Positions 39,001-48,400 of a stretch of DNA of 64,000 nucleotides are shown piece after piece. A program made the translations under genes and the position numbers. This stretch comes from Phallusia mammillata (taxonomy: Eukaryota): assembly GCA_965637545.1 (NCBI GenBank), contig OZ281501.1, forward strand, positions 16,678,001 to 16,742,000, written 5' to 3'. The notes below the pieces were generated by a model, which saw only the letters and a list, made by a program, of their open reading frames with translations, searched no databases and had not been told where the DNA came from. Each line of letters opens with the position of its first letter. Position 1 is the stretch's first letter.

Positions 39001-40037
39001 ATAATAAAACATTGTAATGTATGTGCACAATTTGGGAGTCACGGACTGTTCAAATTGTACCTGGGAGCGCATTTTGGTGAAAAAATGAAATACCCAAACC
39101 TATTAAATTAGCGCCATGATAAATCTTGAGTTGTAATATAGTGGTCGGCAACCCTTGTACTGCGGAATGTTTTTGAAACTGAAGTTTTATCGCGGACCGG
39201 CGTTCAAAAAACTACAAATATTCAGCAACGAAAACGCCTAAATTAGTTCATCATTCCCGTGACACATGGGCAAAATGTTTAAAAGGATTTAACCTAAAAA
39301 AGTATACGGCCCGGTAACCAACTCCTCGCGGACCGGCACCGGGCCGTGGCCCGGCGGTTGCCGACCAGATATAGTTGCAATGATTTTTATTTTATTGGAT
39401 GCCGATTCGCGACGATACCTGGTTCGTAGCGCGAAACATTTGGCCGACTTTTGTGTACAACACAAATACTACCGCGTTCGCATGACAACTCCACACAAAA
39501 ATAATCGACAACGGCGTATACTTGTTGGTTTAACTTGCTCCTATTTTACCTGCACTCTGGTGATGACTGGAGTTCAAAGTCATCTACATTTAAAACGATA
39601 GTGTGTCCTACAGGAGCAACGATGGTCCAAGTACAATTGGCATTGCTGGAATATTGAGCAGGGTAGTTGGGTGATGCGATCCTCCCTGAAGGTTTCGTTA
39701 ATGTTCCCCCGCAGGCTGTAAGATAAACAAAAGTCGCATAAATGTTAAAAGCCTAGCTCCAGGCAATTCCCCATTTACACGTGTTGATTAGTTGCTTATT
39801 GTGCTATTTTTTATTTGAGTTATTTGGTAGAAGTACGCACCGAAAATAAATCCACAAGCTTTCTTTACGCGTTTGTCCTAATTGCAAATTGCAGTTGACC
39901 ATTCATACGCCACACTCTTAAGCTGTGTTAAACTAATTTAGCAAAAAATACCAACAAATACCAACGAACCTACCAAACTGCGCTTGAGCTTGCTTAGACA
40001 CAAAGAAAAGCATCACAGCCCAACGCAGGAACCACAT
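2431..40037 (-). CDS. Gene A: complete multi-exon gene for a giant (~4,730 aa) secreted vWF/gel-forming-mucin-like protein (SP-CUB-EGF-D1-D2-D'-D3-Cys-rich-D4-Cys-rich stalk-CTCK)
   Basis: 68 exons with GT-AG sites and matching phases; summed CDS is 14,187 nt, divisible by 3. Exons 5'->3': 39974-40037, 39550-39715, 38743-38918, 38313-38417, 38066-38250, 37607-37737, 36974-37170, 36475-36590, 35918-36137, 35495-35617, 34977-35085, 34833-34882, 34452-34629, 34037-34143, 33593-33715, 33135-33314, 31689-31904, 30449-30577, 29974-30085, 29114-29154, 26872-27006, 26477-26603, 25771-26026, 25144-25353, 24778-25011, 24552-24708, 24347-24482, 23822-23919, 23461-23678, 23081-23257, 22669-22852, 22098-22322, 21439-21629, 20752-20835, 20301-20478, 19564-19788, 18988-19175, 18423-18527, 17850-17978, 17509-17651, 17160-17307, 16652-16838, 16224-16347, 15632-15752, 15391-15423, 15145-15343, 14790-14958, 14296-14464, 13923-14019, 13622-13801, 13002-13094, 12335-12924, 11840-12050, 10981-11628, 10495-10743, 10021-10322, 9427-9634, 8423-9177, 7802-8012, 6875-7519, 5972-6586, 5788-5901, 4145-5496, 3902-3991, 3693-3833, 3495-3534, 2920-3078, 2431-2639. 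Individual boundaries are hand-called. Confidence 0.9.
3495..13094 (-). CDS. Gene A C-terminal Cys-rich repeat stalk (~2,100 aa, vWC-like and CC..Y.C.C units, many N-glycosylation sequons)
   Basis: Large exons (590-1352 nt) match the provided Cys-rich ORFs, e.g. 4115-5542, 5844-6404, 6849-7529, 8354-9097. There is an internal duplication of a three-exon module: 12335-12924/11840-12050/10981-11628 versus 8423-9177/7802-8012/6875-7519. Confidence 0.85.
8804..9079 (-). repeat. Intra-exonic 138-nt (46-aa) tandem duplication in gene A
   Basis: [46 protein letters not shown] followed by [46 protein letters not shown]. Confidence 0.9.
13330..13530 (-). mobile_element. Degenerate tRNA-derived SINE-like element (homologous copy at ~54420-54600 in gene B)
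   Basis: Minus strand has an A-box-like TGGCCTATGGGTTAATGCG and a B-box-like GGCTCAAATTCC (GGTTCAAATCCC in the B copy), followed by a non-tRNA body. No cloverleaf can be built. Confidence 0.4.
13622..16347 (-). CDS. Gene A D4 assembly (VWD with GDPH, C8-like, TIL)
   Basis: [28 protein letters not shown]...TVGLCGTC. TIL: [20 protein letters not shown]...[11 protein letters not shown]...CVPIEC. Confidence 0.88.
16091..16135 (-). ncRNA. Penelope-type minimal hammerhead-ribozyme-like motif (probably degenerate)
   Basis: Minus strand reads CTGATGA-A-GGTGTTTC-GTAT-GGGACATC-GAAAC-GTT: both catalytic boxes, an 8-bp stem II and a palindromic ACGT stem III. Stem I pairing is weak. Confidence 0.5.
16652..23678 (-). 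CDS. Gene A central Cys-rich region (two 4-exon modules plus VWC-like units), occupying the position of the vWF A1-A3 or mucin PTS region
   Basis: 14 exons, mostly CC..Y/F.C.C repeats. Exons 22669-22852, 22098-22322 and 21439-21629 are homologous to 20301-20478, 19564-19788 and 18988-19175 (225-nt exon length shared). A VWC-like unit [17 protein letters not shown]...CCPEYECP lies at 16652-16838. Confidence 0.8.
17048..17079 (+). ncRNA. Second, more degenerate hammerhead-like motif
   Basis: CTGATGA-TGGGATGAGCATTTGCC-GAAACGTT. Stem II is imperfect and stem I is not evident. Confidence 0.35.
21751..21912. repeat. ~30-bp intronic minisatellite (4-5 degenerate units; about 2 units in gene B at ~62617-62665)
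   Basis: Recurrent AGGTTAACCTAAGAAAAGTTCACATAC. Confidence 0.7.
23822..26026 (-). CDS. Gene A D3 assembly (VWD-C8-TIL)
   Basis: [23 protein letters not shown]...[16 protein letters not shown]...FGNSWK...[28 protein letters not shown]...[10 protein letters not shown]...KCLWRYEP...EGCYPHC closely follows the vWF/MUC2 D3 pattern. Confidence 0.9.
26477..27006 (-). CDS. Gene A D' (TIL'-E')
   Basis: [23 protein letters not shown]...[37 protein letters not shown]. This is a TIL plus E module without a VWD, lying between D2 and D3 as in vWF and mucins. Confidence 0.82.
29114..34629 (-). CDS. Gene A D2 assembly (VWD-C8-TIL-E)
   Basis: VWD: [26 protein letters not shown]...WDQRSTL...MCGLVGTYN...FGNSWK. 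C8: [12 protein letters not shown]...CKQDACGC...[13 protein letters not shown]...[12 protein letters not shown]: CPEGQTYKA...CGRTCRS...VEGCTCDDG. Confidence 0.88.
29300..29814. mobile_element. Non-autonomous hAT-type DNA transposon (MITE), ~515 bp, in a gene A intron
   Basis: Perfect 15-bp TIR CAGGGGTTCCCAACC / GGTTGGGAACCCCTG. 8-bp flanks CTGTAAGA / CTGTAAGC (7/8 TSD). No transposase ORF. Confidence 0.85.
32463..33102. mobile_element. Non-autonomous hAT (Ac-like TAGGG termini) element, 640 bp, in a gene A intron
   Basis: Termini TAGGATTG / CAACCCTA. Perfect 8-bp TSD GTCTCAAC at 32455-32462 and 33103-33110. Many subterminal CCGGTTAACC and TATCCG repeats at both ends. Confidence 0.88.
34833..38250 (-). 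CDS. Gene A D1 assembly (VWD-C8-TIL-E)
   Basis: VWD: [29 protein letters not shown]...EGLCGKY. C8: [13 protein letters not shown]...CMFDLC...[13 protein letters not shown]...WRTETSC. TIL: [18 protein letters not shown]...CNEGCECP. E: [13 protein letters not shown]. Confidence 0.88.
38313..38417 (-). CDS. Gene A EGF-like domain (phase 1-1 exon)
   Basis: [34 protein letters not shown] has the six-Cys EGF pattern ending in CxC..Y.G.RC. Confidence 0.85.
38743..39715 (-). CDS. Gene A CUB domain (2 exons)
   Basis: [64 protein letters not shown]...KLCG...[22 protein letters not shown]. Canonical CUB motifs present: CGG, SPNYP, CxWxI, C..DYL, FxSD, GF..Y. Confidence 0.92.
39139..39370. mobile_element. 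Degenerate hAT (Charlie-like) MITE in a gene A intron within the CUB domain
   Basis: TGGTCGGCAACC / GGTTGCCGACCA inverted ends with a GC-rich CGCGGACCGGC subterminal motif. No clean TSD found. Confidence 0.6.
39974..40037 (-). CDS. Gene A exon 1: signal peptide
   Basis: Translates to [21 protein letters not shown]: hydrophobic core and an AQA cleavage-like motif. Phase-1 donor GTAGGT joins in frame to the CUB exon. Confidence 0.8.
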
Positions 40038-41687
40038 AACGTTTGCTGAGTTTAACTCTGTAGCAATGACAAGAATTTCGCGCGCTACTGACAAAAGCCA
40101 AAATGCACTGATGCCGTTCAGTGGAGGTGCACCCGTTTAAGTACATAGAGCCGTTGTCAATCTACGCCCCAATCAAGGAAAACAGGATAGCAATATACCA
40201 CTGTTATTTACATAGTATGTGCCATTTATATCTGTGATTAGGAAGCATTTTGTAAATACACATTGTTCGTGCTCACTACATAAAATTTGTACTTGGGGCT
40301 ACTGTCAATGTTGTTTTCCAAAAATATAAGAGACAATTACAAATCAAGCAAAACTGAAATGACAAGCATTCCACCTCACACGTCTACGGTATATTAAGTG
40401 TTCCAATGTCAAAACATTGACTAAAAGCCAACTCACTTTTTTATTTCGGTTTCACATTTTCTACAACGATTGTAAATTTGATAAGCCCATAAGAACTAGA
40501 CCGGAACCCTGAAGCTCACCTAAGCATGACGCCGTACAAAGGAGGTAGACTAAACAGCACATTGCATTTTCAGCTGAAACATGTCATTTCATAATCTAAA
40601 TTTTCTGTCATTTTAGTGATTTTTCTGCATGGTTTTGCAATCAAATTTGGCGCCATAACGGCTTGTTTTTTTTAGGAAATCCGCGACAGTGCGGCAGTTT
40701 ATTTGTTAATTTTTTATGAATGGGTGTAAAAAGCGTTTCTTTTAAGAAAGTAATTATCCGCTTTCAACATATTTGCTTCTTTTATTGTTTCGTAAAATTT
40801 AGACTCCTTGTAAAAAATTAAGATGGTAATTGCGATGGAGTTCCCCAAGATTATTTAATGCATGAAGTGTTCCGTGGCCCCCAAAAGATTAAAAAACACT
40901 GCCCTATAGGTTGATCGCAACCATATATGAAACATTTTTATGTCTCTTTTGTCTTTAGCTCATAAACTTGCCAGACCGAAACAGGCTGATAAAACTATAG
41001 ACTCTACAAGCAACAACCTTGTTATCGACAAAGTAAAAATGACAAAGCTTTTTATATGTGCAAGCACAGGGTGATAAATGCATTGTTGTGTGAAAACCAG
41101 CGACAAGGAACAAACCGCCAAAGCGCAAAGCGTTAGAATTCGGATGAATTGGATGAAATGAAGTCGACTGCGTATTGCACATTTACTCCCGGTTTATCAA
41201 TTTGGCATAGAAATGATAATGAGTCTGTACAAAAATCTGTTAGCATGCGATGACACCAAATTAATGAAAAAGTCAGAGGCGGACAATACGACTTTAAAGC
41301 GCAATCAGAGGCGGACAAGACAACAAAAGACAGACAACTTGTTTGTGGTTTTTAGGTCTGGTTTGGTTAACAAGCAATATTAAACTGATACGAACGACTT
41401 TCTGGCATGTTTCGTTCTTGTTTAAAGCTTTATTGCACTAATGTTTCGTTCTTGTGGTTCAAAAAAGACATAAACAGTTCGTTCTTCGAGACCTTCTAAT
41501 CATGCATTGAAAACAGTGTGCTTAATGCAATAAAGCTTTAAACAAGACACAAAAATCAGATTATTGACATTGATTAAAACAACGATTGAGTCTTTGAGCG
41601 AATAAAACAAGCGCATCACTAATGGACGGAATATCAGAAGCAACTGTCCAAAAAGTTTTCCAACCTACACCATAAAGTTAGCTGTAG

Positions 41688-41693
41688 TTTATT
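41688..41693 (-). promoter_or_regulatory. Putative polyadenylation signal of gene B
   Basis: Homologous AATAAA downstream of the gene B stop. Confidence 0.55.
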
Positions 41694-41828
41694 CATTTTC
41701 TGTCAAATTTTAAAGGACAGTTGCTTCTGCGATCGCCGTGCGATTATCCGCCATCTGACTTAAAATAAATTGGCCTGAAGCATATGTATAGCGGTAATAG
41801 CGAATAAAAGCACGGCGGACCACGGCTG

Positions 41829-42476
41829 TCATGGGACCGCTATATTCGCTGAAAAATCTGGAAGTTGATTCGACTCGGGAAGTTGACTGGATCTTGCGGC
41901 TGTGGCGTCACATTCAACTTCGGCACAGTCACAATCAATCACTTCAGCGTAGTTGTGAGTTCGCGGAACATTGTCCACACATACCATGGGATATTCTCTT
42001 GGTATTGTAGTGGTCTCCTTGCAACATTTGCAATTGCCTTAATAAAAATATCGGTGTTAGATGCAGCAGCCAATTTAAAATTGTGTGCAAACGAGCGGAC
42101 ATAAAAAGTGGCAAAATGTAACATTAGTTTAAGGTGACGTTTGTACCTAAAGGCGTTTCTGTCTTGTTGTATAATTCGCTTAAACATAATATGGAAGGAA
42201 GTAAATCGGTAACACACCACAAAGTCTGCGTTTAATATTTTTGTTTTTTTATCCGATGCTGTGTACTTTACACTTTCTGATTTCAAATCAAGGTAGTTTT
42301 TCTCGAACATTTCTTACCTTCCACGTCGCCGGTAAGCACGTTGTGACCTCGTATTGTAGTACAAGGGCCCTCGCAAACCGTCACCTCAACTTCATTCGGT
42401 GTCCAACAGAACTGACCTTCCAGGGTTGCGCTCAAAACAAAGGTCTTCACTCTTTTACTGCATTTATCATGGGTGC
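41829..42476 (-). CDS. Gene B CTCK domain and stop
   Basis: Nearly identical to gene A CTCK; the last motif reads CDC instead of CGC. TGA at 41829-41831. Confidence 0.9.
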
Positions 42477-45400
42477 CTAAAATATAGAAAAATCTATTGT
42501 TAGTATTCAGTGGTTGTCAGTGTTCAGCGGTTGTTAGTGTTCAGTGGTAGAAATGCCAACAATTCTGTCATATAAAAATGCTTACGATTTACCTAAATTG
42601 CTAGTTATAAAATGCATTGGAAAGTAATGCTATTACTATACAAAATTACAACCTGTCAAAAGTTTAAGTCATTTAAAATTTATCTTATTATATGCGGCAA
42701 TGATAACGAGCAACTAGGTATTTATGATGTTTTGACCCTCGGTGTAGTACAACGTTCAATTGCGCTAGTAATACACACGTATCCATATATGATAGTAGAA
42801 CAAACAGCTTTTCAAGCAAGATTTTTACAATGCCTTTGTCTGCTTGATACAAGCATTGCATCTAACGATTAGTCTAATAAGAAAATACTTACAATTAGGA
42901 CAGCAGTCCACGATCTTAACCTCTCCTCCGTCCTGAAAAAAAGGTAAATGAGAGAACTATTCACATTGTTACCTTTCAACTCCATGCATTATGTAATTTG
43001 TTTTCAACCTTTTTGGAGCAGTTAGATGGGTCTCTTGATTATGAGCTTAATTTTTAGATAGGCTTTTAGGTTACAAGGCTGAACTTACCAGCTCGCAAAG
43101 GGTTTTATTGACGGGTTTGCAGTCATCGTACTTGTCTTTTTTAATAACTGCAGGGCAATTGGTCGCCTCGTCAATGACACACTCTGCAACCTTACAACTA
43201 TCATTTTGCAATGCGAATGTCGTATTGGGCTGCAAAAGCAAACATTAGTTAAGTACACAAATTTGCGTAACACATTTTTTACCAAATGTTACTTACGGGA
43301 AAGACGCCGTTTTCATGAACGCACTTTTCACAGGAGCATTCGTATTTAGGACAGCAAATACCTTTCAGTGGGTTTCTCTCTACAACCTTAAAAACAAAGA
43401 CAAACAACATTACAATTTTGACATGAAATAAATGTATTGCTTATTAGTCTTAAAAAATCGTATGGACAACATGCTAACCTAGGAATTTCTCTAGCGTTAC
43501 ATTTAAATCCGTTTTGATAACCCAAAGCTTACCGTAACTCGGCGGGATCCTGTAGGACAAGTAAAAGTAGTGTCCCACTGTTCGCACAACGTTTCAAGTT
43601 CCGTATCGTCTCGGCAAACACATTCTTTTTTGGGACAGCAGTCATGAGTGCCAGGCAGACCACCAGCAGTTATTTCTTCCGTCAACGCGCTGCAGGTCAA
43701 TGTGTAATTGGGACAGATTGTCTCAAGAACATCCACACTATTGCATTCGCAAACAAAATCGTCGCAACAGCGATCTACATCAACGGAGCTCGCGACAGCA
43801 AGTTCGTACTGCAGACAGTTTTTGTTTTCATACTCGGATTGGGACAGACAACTATCTCTGGGGTCTCTTGTCTTGACGGCTACGTGGCATGATTGCAGGT
43901 CGGATTCGTTCAGTCGCATTGAGCTGCATTCCCAAGTTACATTGCAGCCGTTGAGTACAGTCTCGGTCCAAGTATCGTGAAGGTTTTTCACCTCACCATT
44001 CTCTAACTCACAAACGTCACACCTGCAAACGTATTTGTTGCAGCACCCGTTTGTGGCCGGATCCTTTTCAGCCAGTTCGACTGGGAAGTGATTTTCAGGG
44101 CATTCTGGAACAGGGGTAACAGCCGTTGCATTGCAGACTATTTTATGTGTCGGACAGCATTCTTGTCGAGGGTTTTCTGCTACTGTAGACAAAGTGTACA
44201 TCTCACATGCATTGGGTATATCATCTGGATATTCTTTGTCATCGTCCCCACAAGGGCTGCAAGTGCAGTTGTATTCTACACAACACGGCTGCGGAATACC
44301 ACCAAATAGCTCCACGGCATGTTCGTAGTCTTTGCACACTTCACTTTCATATTGGTCTTTTGTAGTACATGTTTCCCGGTTTATTTCTTGAAGTTCTAAG
44401 CACAGTGAGCATGCATCGTCGGAAGCCGTCAATCTGTTGTTGGAGCACAAATGCGTTCTTGTACATCCGTATTCGTCAGGAATTTTGATGTTTGAACCCC
44501 GGGTTATGCGAGTGCCGTTTTGTAATGCACAACTGTCGCAACAGCACGTTTGTAAGGGACACGTATCATTAGGCTTGCGTATGTCTATAATTTTGTAGCC
44601 ATCATCACAATTGTCCACAGTTCCTCCTCTGCATTCGCATTTGTACTCAGGGCAGCATTCGTATTCACCACTGCTTTCACCCGCGTTCACTACTATGGTG
44701 CTTCTTAAACCTGTGCAGTTCTCTGCTACCTGTTTATAGCCTGGACATTCAGCTGCAAGCACTGCCGTTTCATCACTACAAATACACTGATAGCAGGTGT
44801 TTTCTCCGTTTGTAAAAGGGGCCGAAATTTTACCAGGCTCGTTGCACTCTAGTGGTGTAGATGAATATTCCGGCTCTTTGCATACTGTAAAAACAACGAA
44901 ATACGTTTAAAATAGCATGTGCCTTGTACAAAGCGGTATGATATTTGTCTGCGAATAAAATCTACAAACAAAACCACGTAGCAAAGTTTTACTAAAATTC
45001 ATGTTATTTTTAAATTTCTACACTGCGATTACTAATATGTCAAATTCGTGCATGAATGTCTATTTCGCATGTTGGCATCTGCCTCCTGACTCTAATTATA
45101 TCTGATGCCGGACCAAAAAAACGAACATATACATCAATGTCATCGGCTTTTTCGTTTATCCAGTTAACGCTTGTTTTACTTAATTATTTACCTTTAATCA
45201 GGTTTTTGTATAAGACTTACCACATCTGAAAGAGTCACAGCAGTCGGAAGGATTCGCTTTGTAACTTTCTACCTCTTCAAATGATTGGCAGTTTTGTGTC
45301 TGGTAGGTTGATGAAGACGGACACGTCGGTGGTTCTGAGTGAAAAATCCCCACATTAACAAAAGGATTACAAATTTTGTTTGTGTCCTAGTAGGTTAAAC

Positions 45401-48400
45401 TCACCGCAGTAATCTTCCACACAGCAAGGGTTCGGGTCGATTTGAGTCGCGTTGTAGGTTACTTCCATTCTAGTATCACAGGAGCCGCAGTCTTTCGGCG
45501 GAGGACAGATCGCCTCGAGTTGTGTTCCGTTGTAACATCGTTCGCTGTCTTCGCGTTGCTTTTCCTTACTAAGCACGCAGGTATAGTTCTGATTACAACC
45601 GCTGTTGTCTAACTCTGACCATATGTCGCTTTCAAGATGTAAACCACCGTTGCCATCCTGACAAGAGTTGCAAACGCAACCTGAAGCAATAGGATCATGA
45701 CAACCGCAACTGTCCCTCACATTGTTGTATATGTAACCGGTTGGACATGTTGTTTCGACTATTGTGTCATTGCATTTGCTTTCGCAATTGTATACAGGAC
45801 AACACGGTCCGTAGGAAGATATCTCTGTTGATGCTACAGGAACGTTGCAGTACCCACAGTTAAGTAAAGCATTACTGTAGCTGGGGCACTCTAGTTTAAG
45901 AAGCTCGGCGTTATCTGTGCAGTTGCATTCCAAACAGGGACATTCTTCAGTGGTGTTGCAACCTTGGACGACTTTTTCACCAGGATAAGAGCAAAAGACC
46001 ATGTCAGGTTCGTCGCATGCTACATGGAAAATATTTATCAGTGGTTGTTTTAACATTTAAATCGTTTACAAACAACAATTATTTAATGGTGAAATATAGT
46101 CAAAGATGCTTACTGCATGCTTACTAATAGAATAGTAAAACTTATCGACCAATAGTTCACACAACTATTAAATGTTTACACATCAGCTGTAAGGAACGGT
46201 TACTTTGCTAAACGCATGTAATGCAGTAATGTCTAAAACGGCATAGGGTACTCATTTACCAGTTAGGTCTTGGAAGGTTTACAAATAAATTGTAAAACAC
46301 TTACTGCATATGTATTCTTGACAGCATACGCCCGAACTATCAACCGGCATTGCATACGACCCTGTCCGGTGACAATGTTTATCCTGATACTGTTGCTGGG
46401 TCAAACACGTTGTTGCCTCTTCATGTTCTGTCCTCAACTCATGACACGAATACTCGTCACCGATTCGTGTCGGCAAGCAACGAACACGAATGGCACAGTG
46501 ACTTGTTTGATTTACCAAAGTCGCGTTTTGGTAAGGATGAAGGATGTAGTCTTGGTCGTTAAGCCTCGTTTGACATGTGCTGCATTCACATTTCCATTCT
46601 CTGCAGCAGTCAGTCGGTTCGCTGATGTCAATAAGTTCGTGAAACGGAGGACACACTGGCTTTGTTTTGTTGGAGCAAGGGTCACACTCACATGACCATG
46701 TAGGGCAACACGGGTTTGGGCCAGTTCCAGGGGCGTCCTGAATTTTGAACACAGAGCGGTCATCTCTTGAAGAGCAGTTTGCCTCAGCTTCAGAGTAACT
46801 TTCACATTCAGCTCGAAGAACTGAAATTTCTGTGTCGCATTTGCAAACAGGTTTTTCAAAGCATCGGGAGTCTGGATCATTGACTGTGTCGTTGTACTGG
46901 CCTGGAGCGTTGCATTTCAGAGGTTTAGGGGCATGCGACGCATTGCAAGCTAAAAACACAAAATTATAATATTTAAAACAGCCATGCATTTCAGAATCGT
47001 TAAAAATACTTGTGTAAGGATAAAACCTAAATCGTTGTGAGTAGAAAGTTTGTTGGAAATAATTAGCTAATATCACGTTTATAGAGCTCTTCTGGCAAGT
47101 GTTCTTATTCCGACGTTCCGACGTCCTACACATATTCCGACGTTCCGACGTCCTATGCCAGAAGTGCTCTATAAACTTGATATTATGCCTAGCAGCAAAA
47201 GCCAATATCACATTGAAAATATCTCAAATTTTTAAAGATTGATATTATTACATAACGTCCTTAATGAGGCTTGTTTGACACTTTTCTAGTTGTGTTTTTT
47301 AGGCAAATGCCCTGAAAATCCGTTCCAGCACAAATTGAACGGTGTATATCATTTAGTCACTTACTGCAGGTGTAGTTAACACAACATGTGTTCCCTGAAT
47401 CAGATTCTTCGAGATATTCATCAGCATAGCAATCATTAAACTCTTCTTTGGCAGGGCAATCATCTCGTGTATTGTGTGTGGTTCGTACAACACCACATGA
47501 GTTGGTATGTCGCTCAGGGCCACACTTGTAATGCACAACACACCCATCTTCCACCTCTTGCCAAGTTGTATTGAACTGAAAAGGTAAAACATCTTAATGT
47601 ATTTTTACCTAAAGTTGCGAATTGTGCCGAACTTAAACTTCGAAATAATACGGTTATTTTGCATTAAATTCCGATTAATACCCTTTAATCTTTGGCCAAA
47701 AAATACCAAAATCCTTATTTTGGTTTGGTAGACTAAAACTCAAGTAAATCAAGTTAACAAATGTAGCCAGTTCTATATATGTGCTGAAGATACTGTTTTG
47801 CACTGTCTACCCATTTTGTATGATTTTTTCTTTTGTTGATTTTAAACCACCGCTTTTAAAATTTAATTGGAGGTGATTTTATTTACCAAAGTTGATTGAT
47901 TGACAGCCACCGACCTTCTAAATTTTAATGAGATGATTCTTTGTTTTTCACTTTGAATAGATTCACTTAATAGTGAACTGTTTACTTCAGATTTGAACTT
48001 AATACGTTTTTTTCTTATACTAATTCTTGTTCATACCTCTTTCACAGTTCCGTCAGGTAGGAAACAGTCGTAACACACCGAAGTATTACAACAATTATCT
48101 TCAACCAAAACGTAGCCTTCTTTCTCTTCAACAGGCGAGCAGGGACGAATCGAAGGCTCGTAACACTTTTCGTTTACTTTCAAATGGATAGTTAGCCAAG
48201 GGTCACACACATAATTTGTGCATCCGCTGCCATCGCTGTTTGGTTCAGACCAAGTTTGGGTAAAGTTTCGATAATTGTCAAGGTTGTCCTTGCAGGCGAT
48301 ACAGGTGCAGTATTCGCGATAACAACCACATTCATCTTTGTCCACGTAGGGTCCGTAATGCACTGGACATTCGGTTGTAATAACTTCTGGTGGGCATTCG

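Larger units (their letters stand above)
846..40171. repeat. First unit of a ~39.3-kb direct tandem segmental duplication; second unit starts at ~40172
   Basis: Homology begins at ATCAGGGACAACAGGATAGCAATATACCACTG (~846) versus ATCAAGGAAAACAGGATAGCAATATACCACTG (~40172). Sequence left of each is unrelated. Colinear homology continues to the window end. Confidence 0.85.

Noticed and set aside
2431-40037. Assigning a vertebrate gene symbol (VWF, MUC2/5B, OTOG, SSPO, FCGBP)
   Set aside because: The domain content differs from each: CUB present; no VWA, PTS, TSP1, LDLa or AbfB seen. Orthology cannot be established without phylogeny.
40700-40905. One-ended hAT-like remnant (...GGCCCCCAAAAGATTAAAAAACACTG)
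   Set aside because: No matching second terminus or TSD could be identified.
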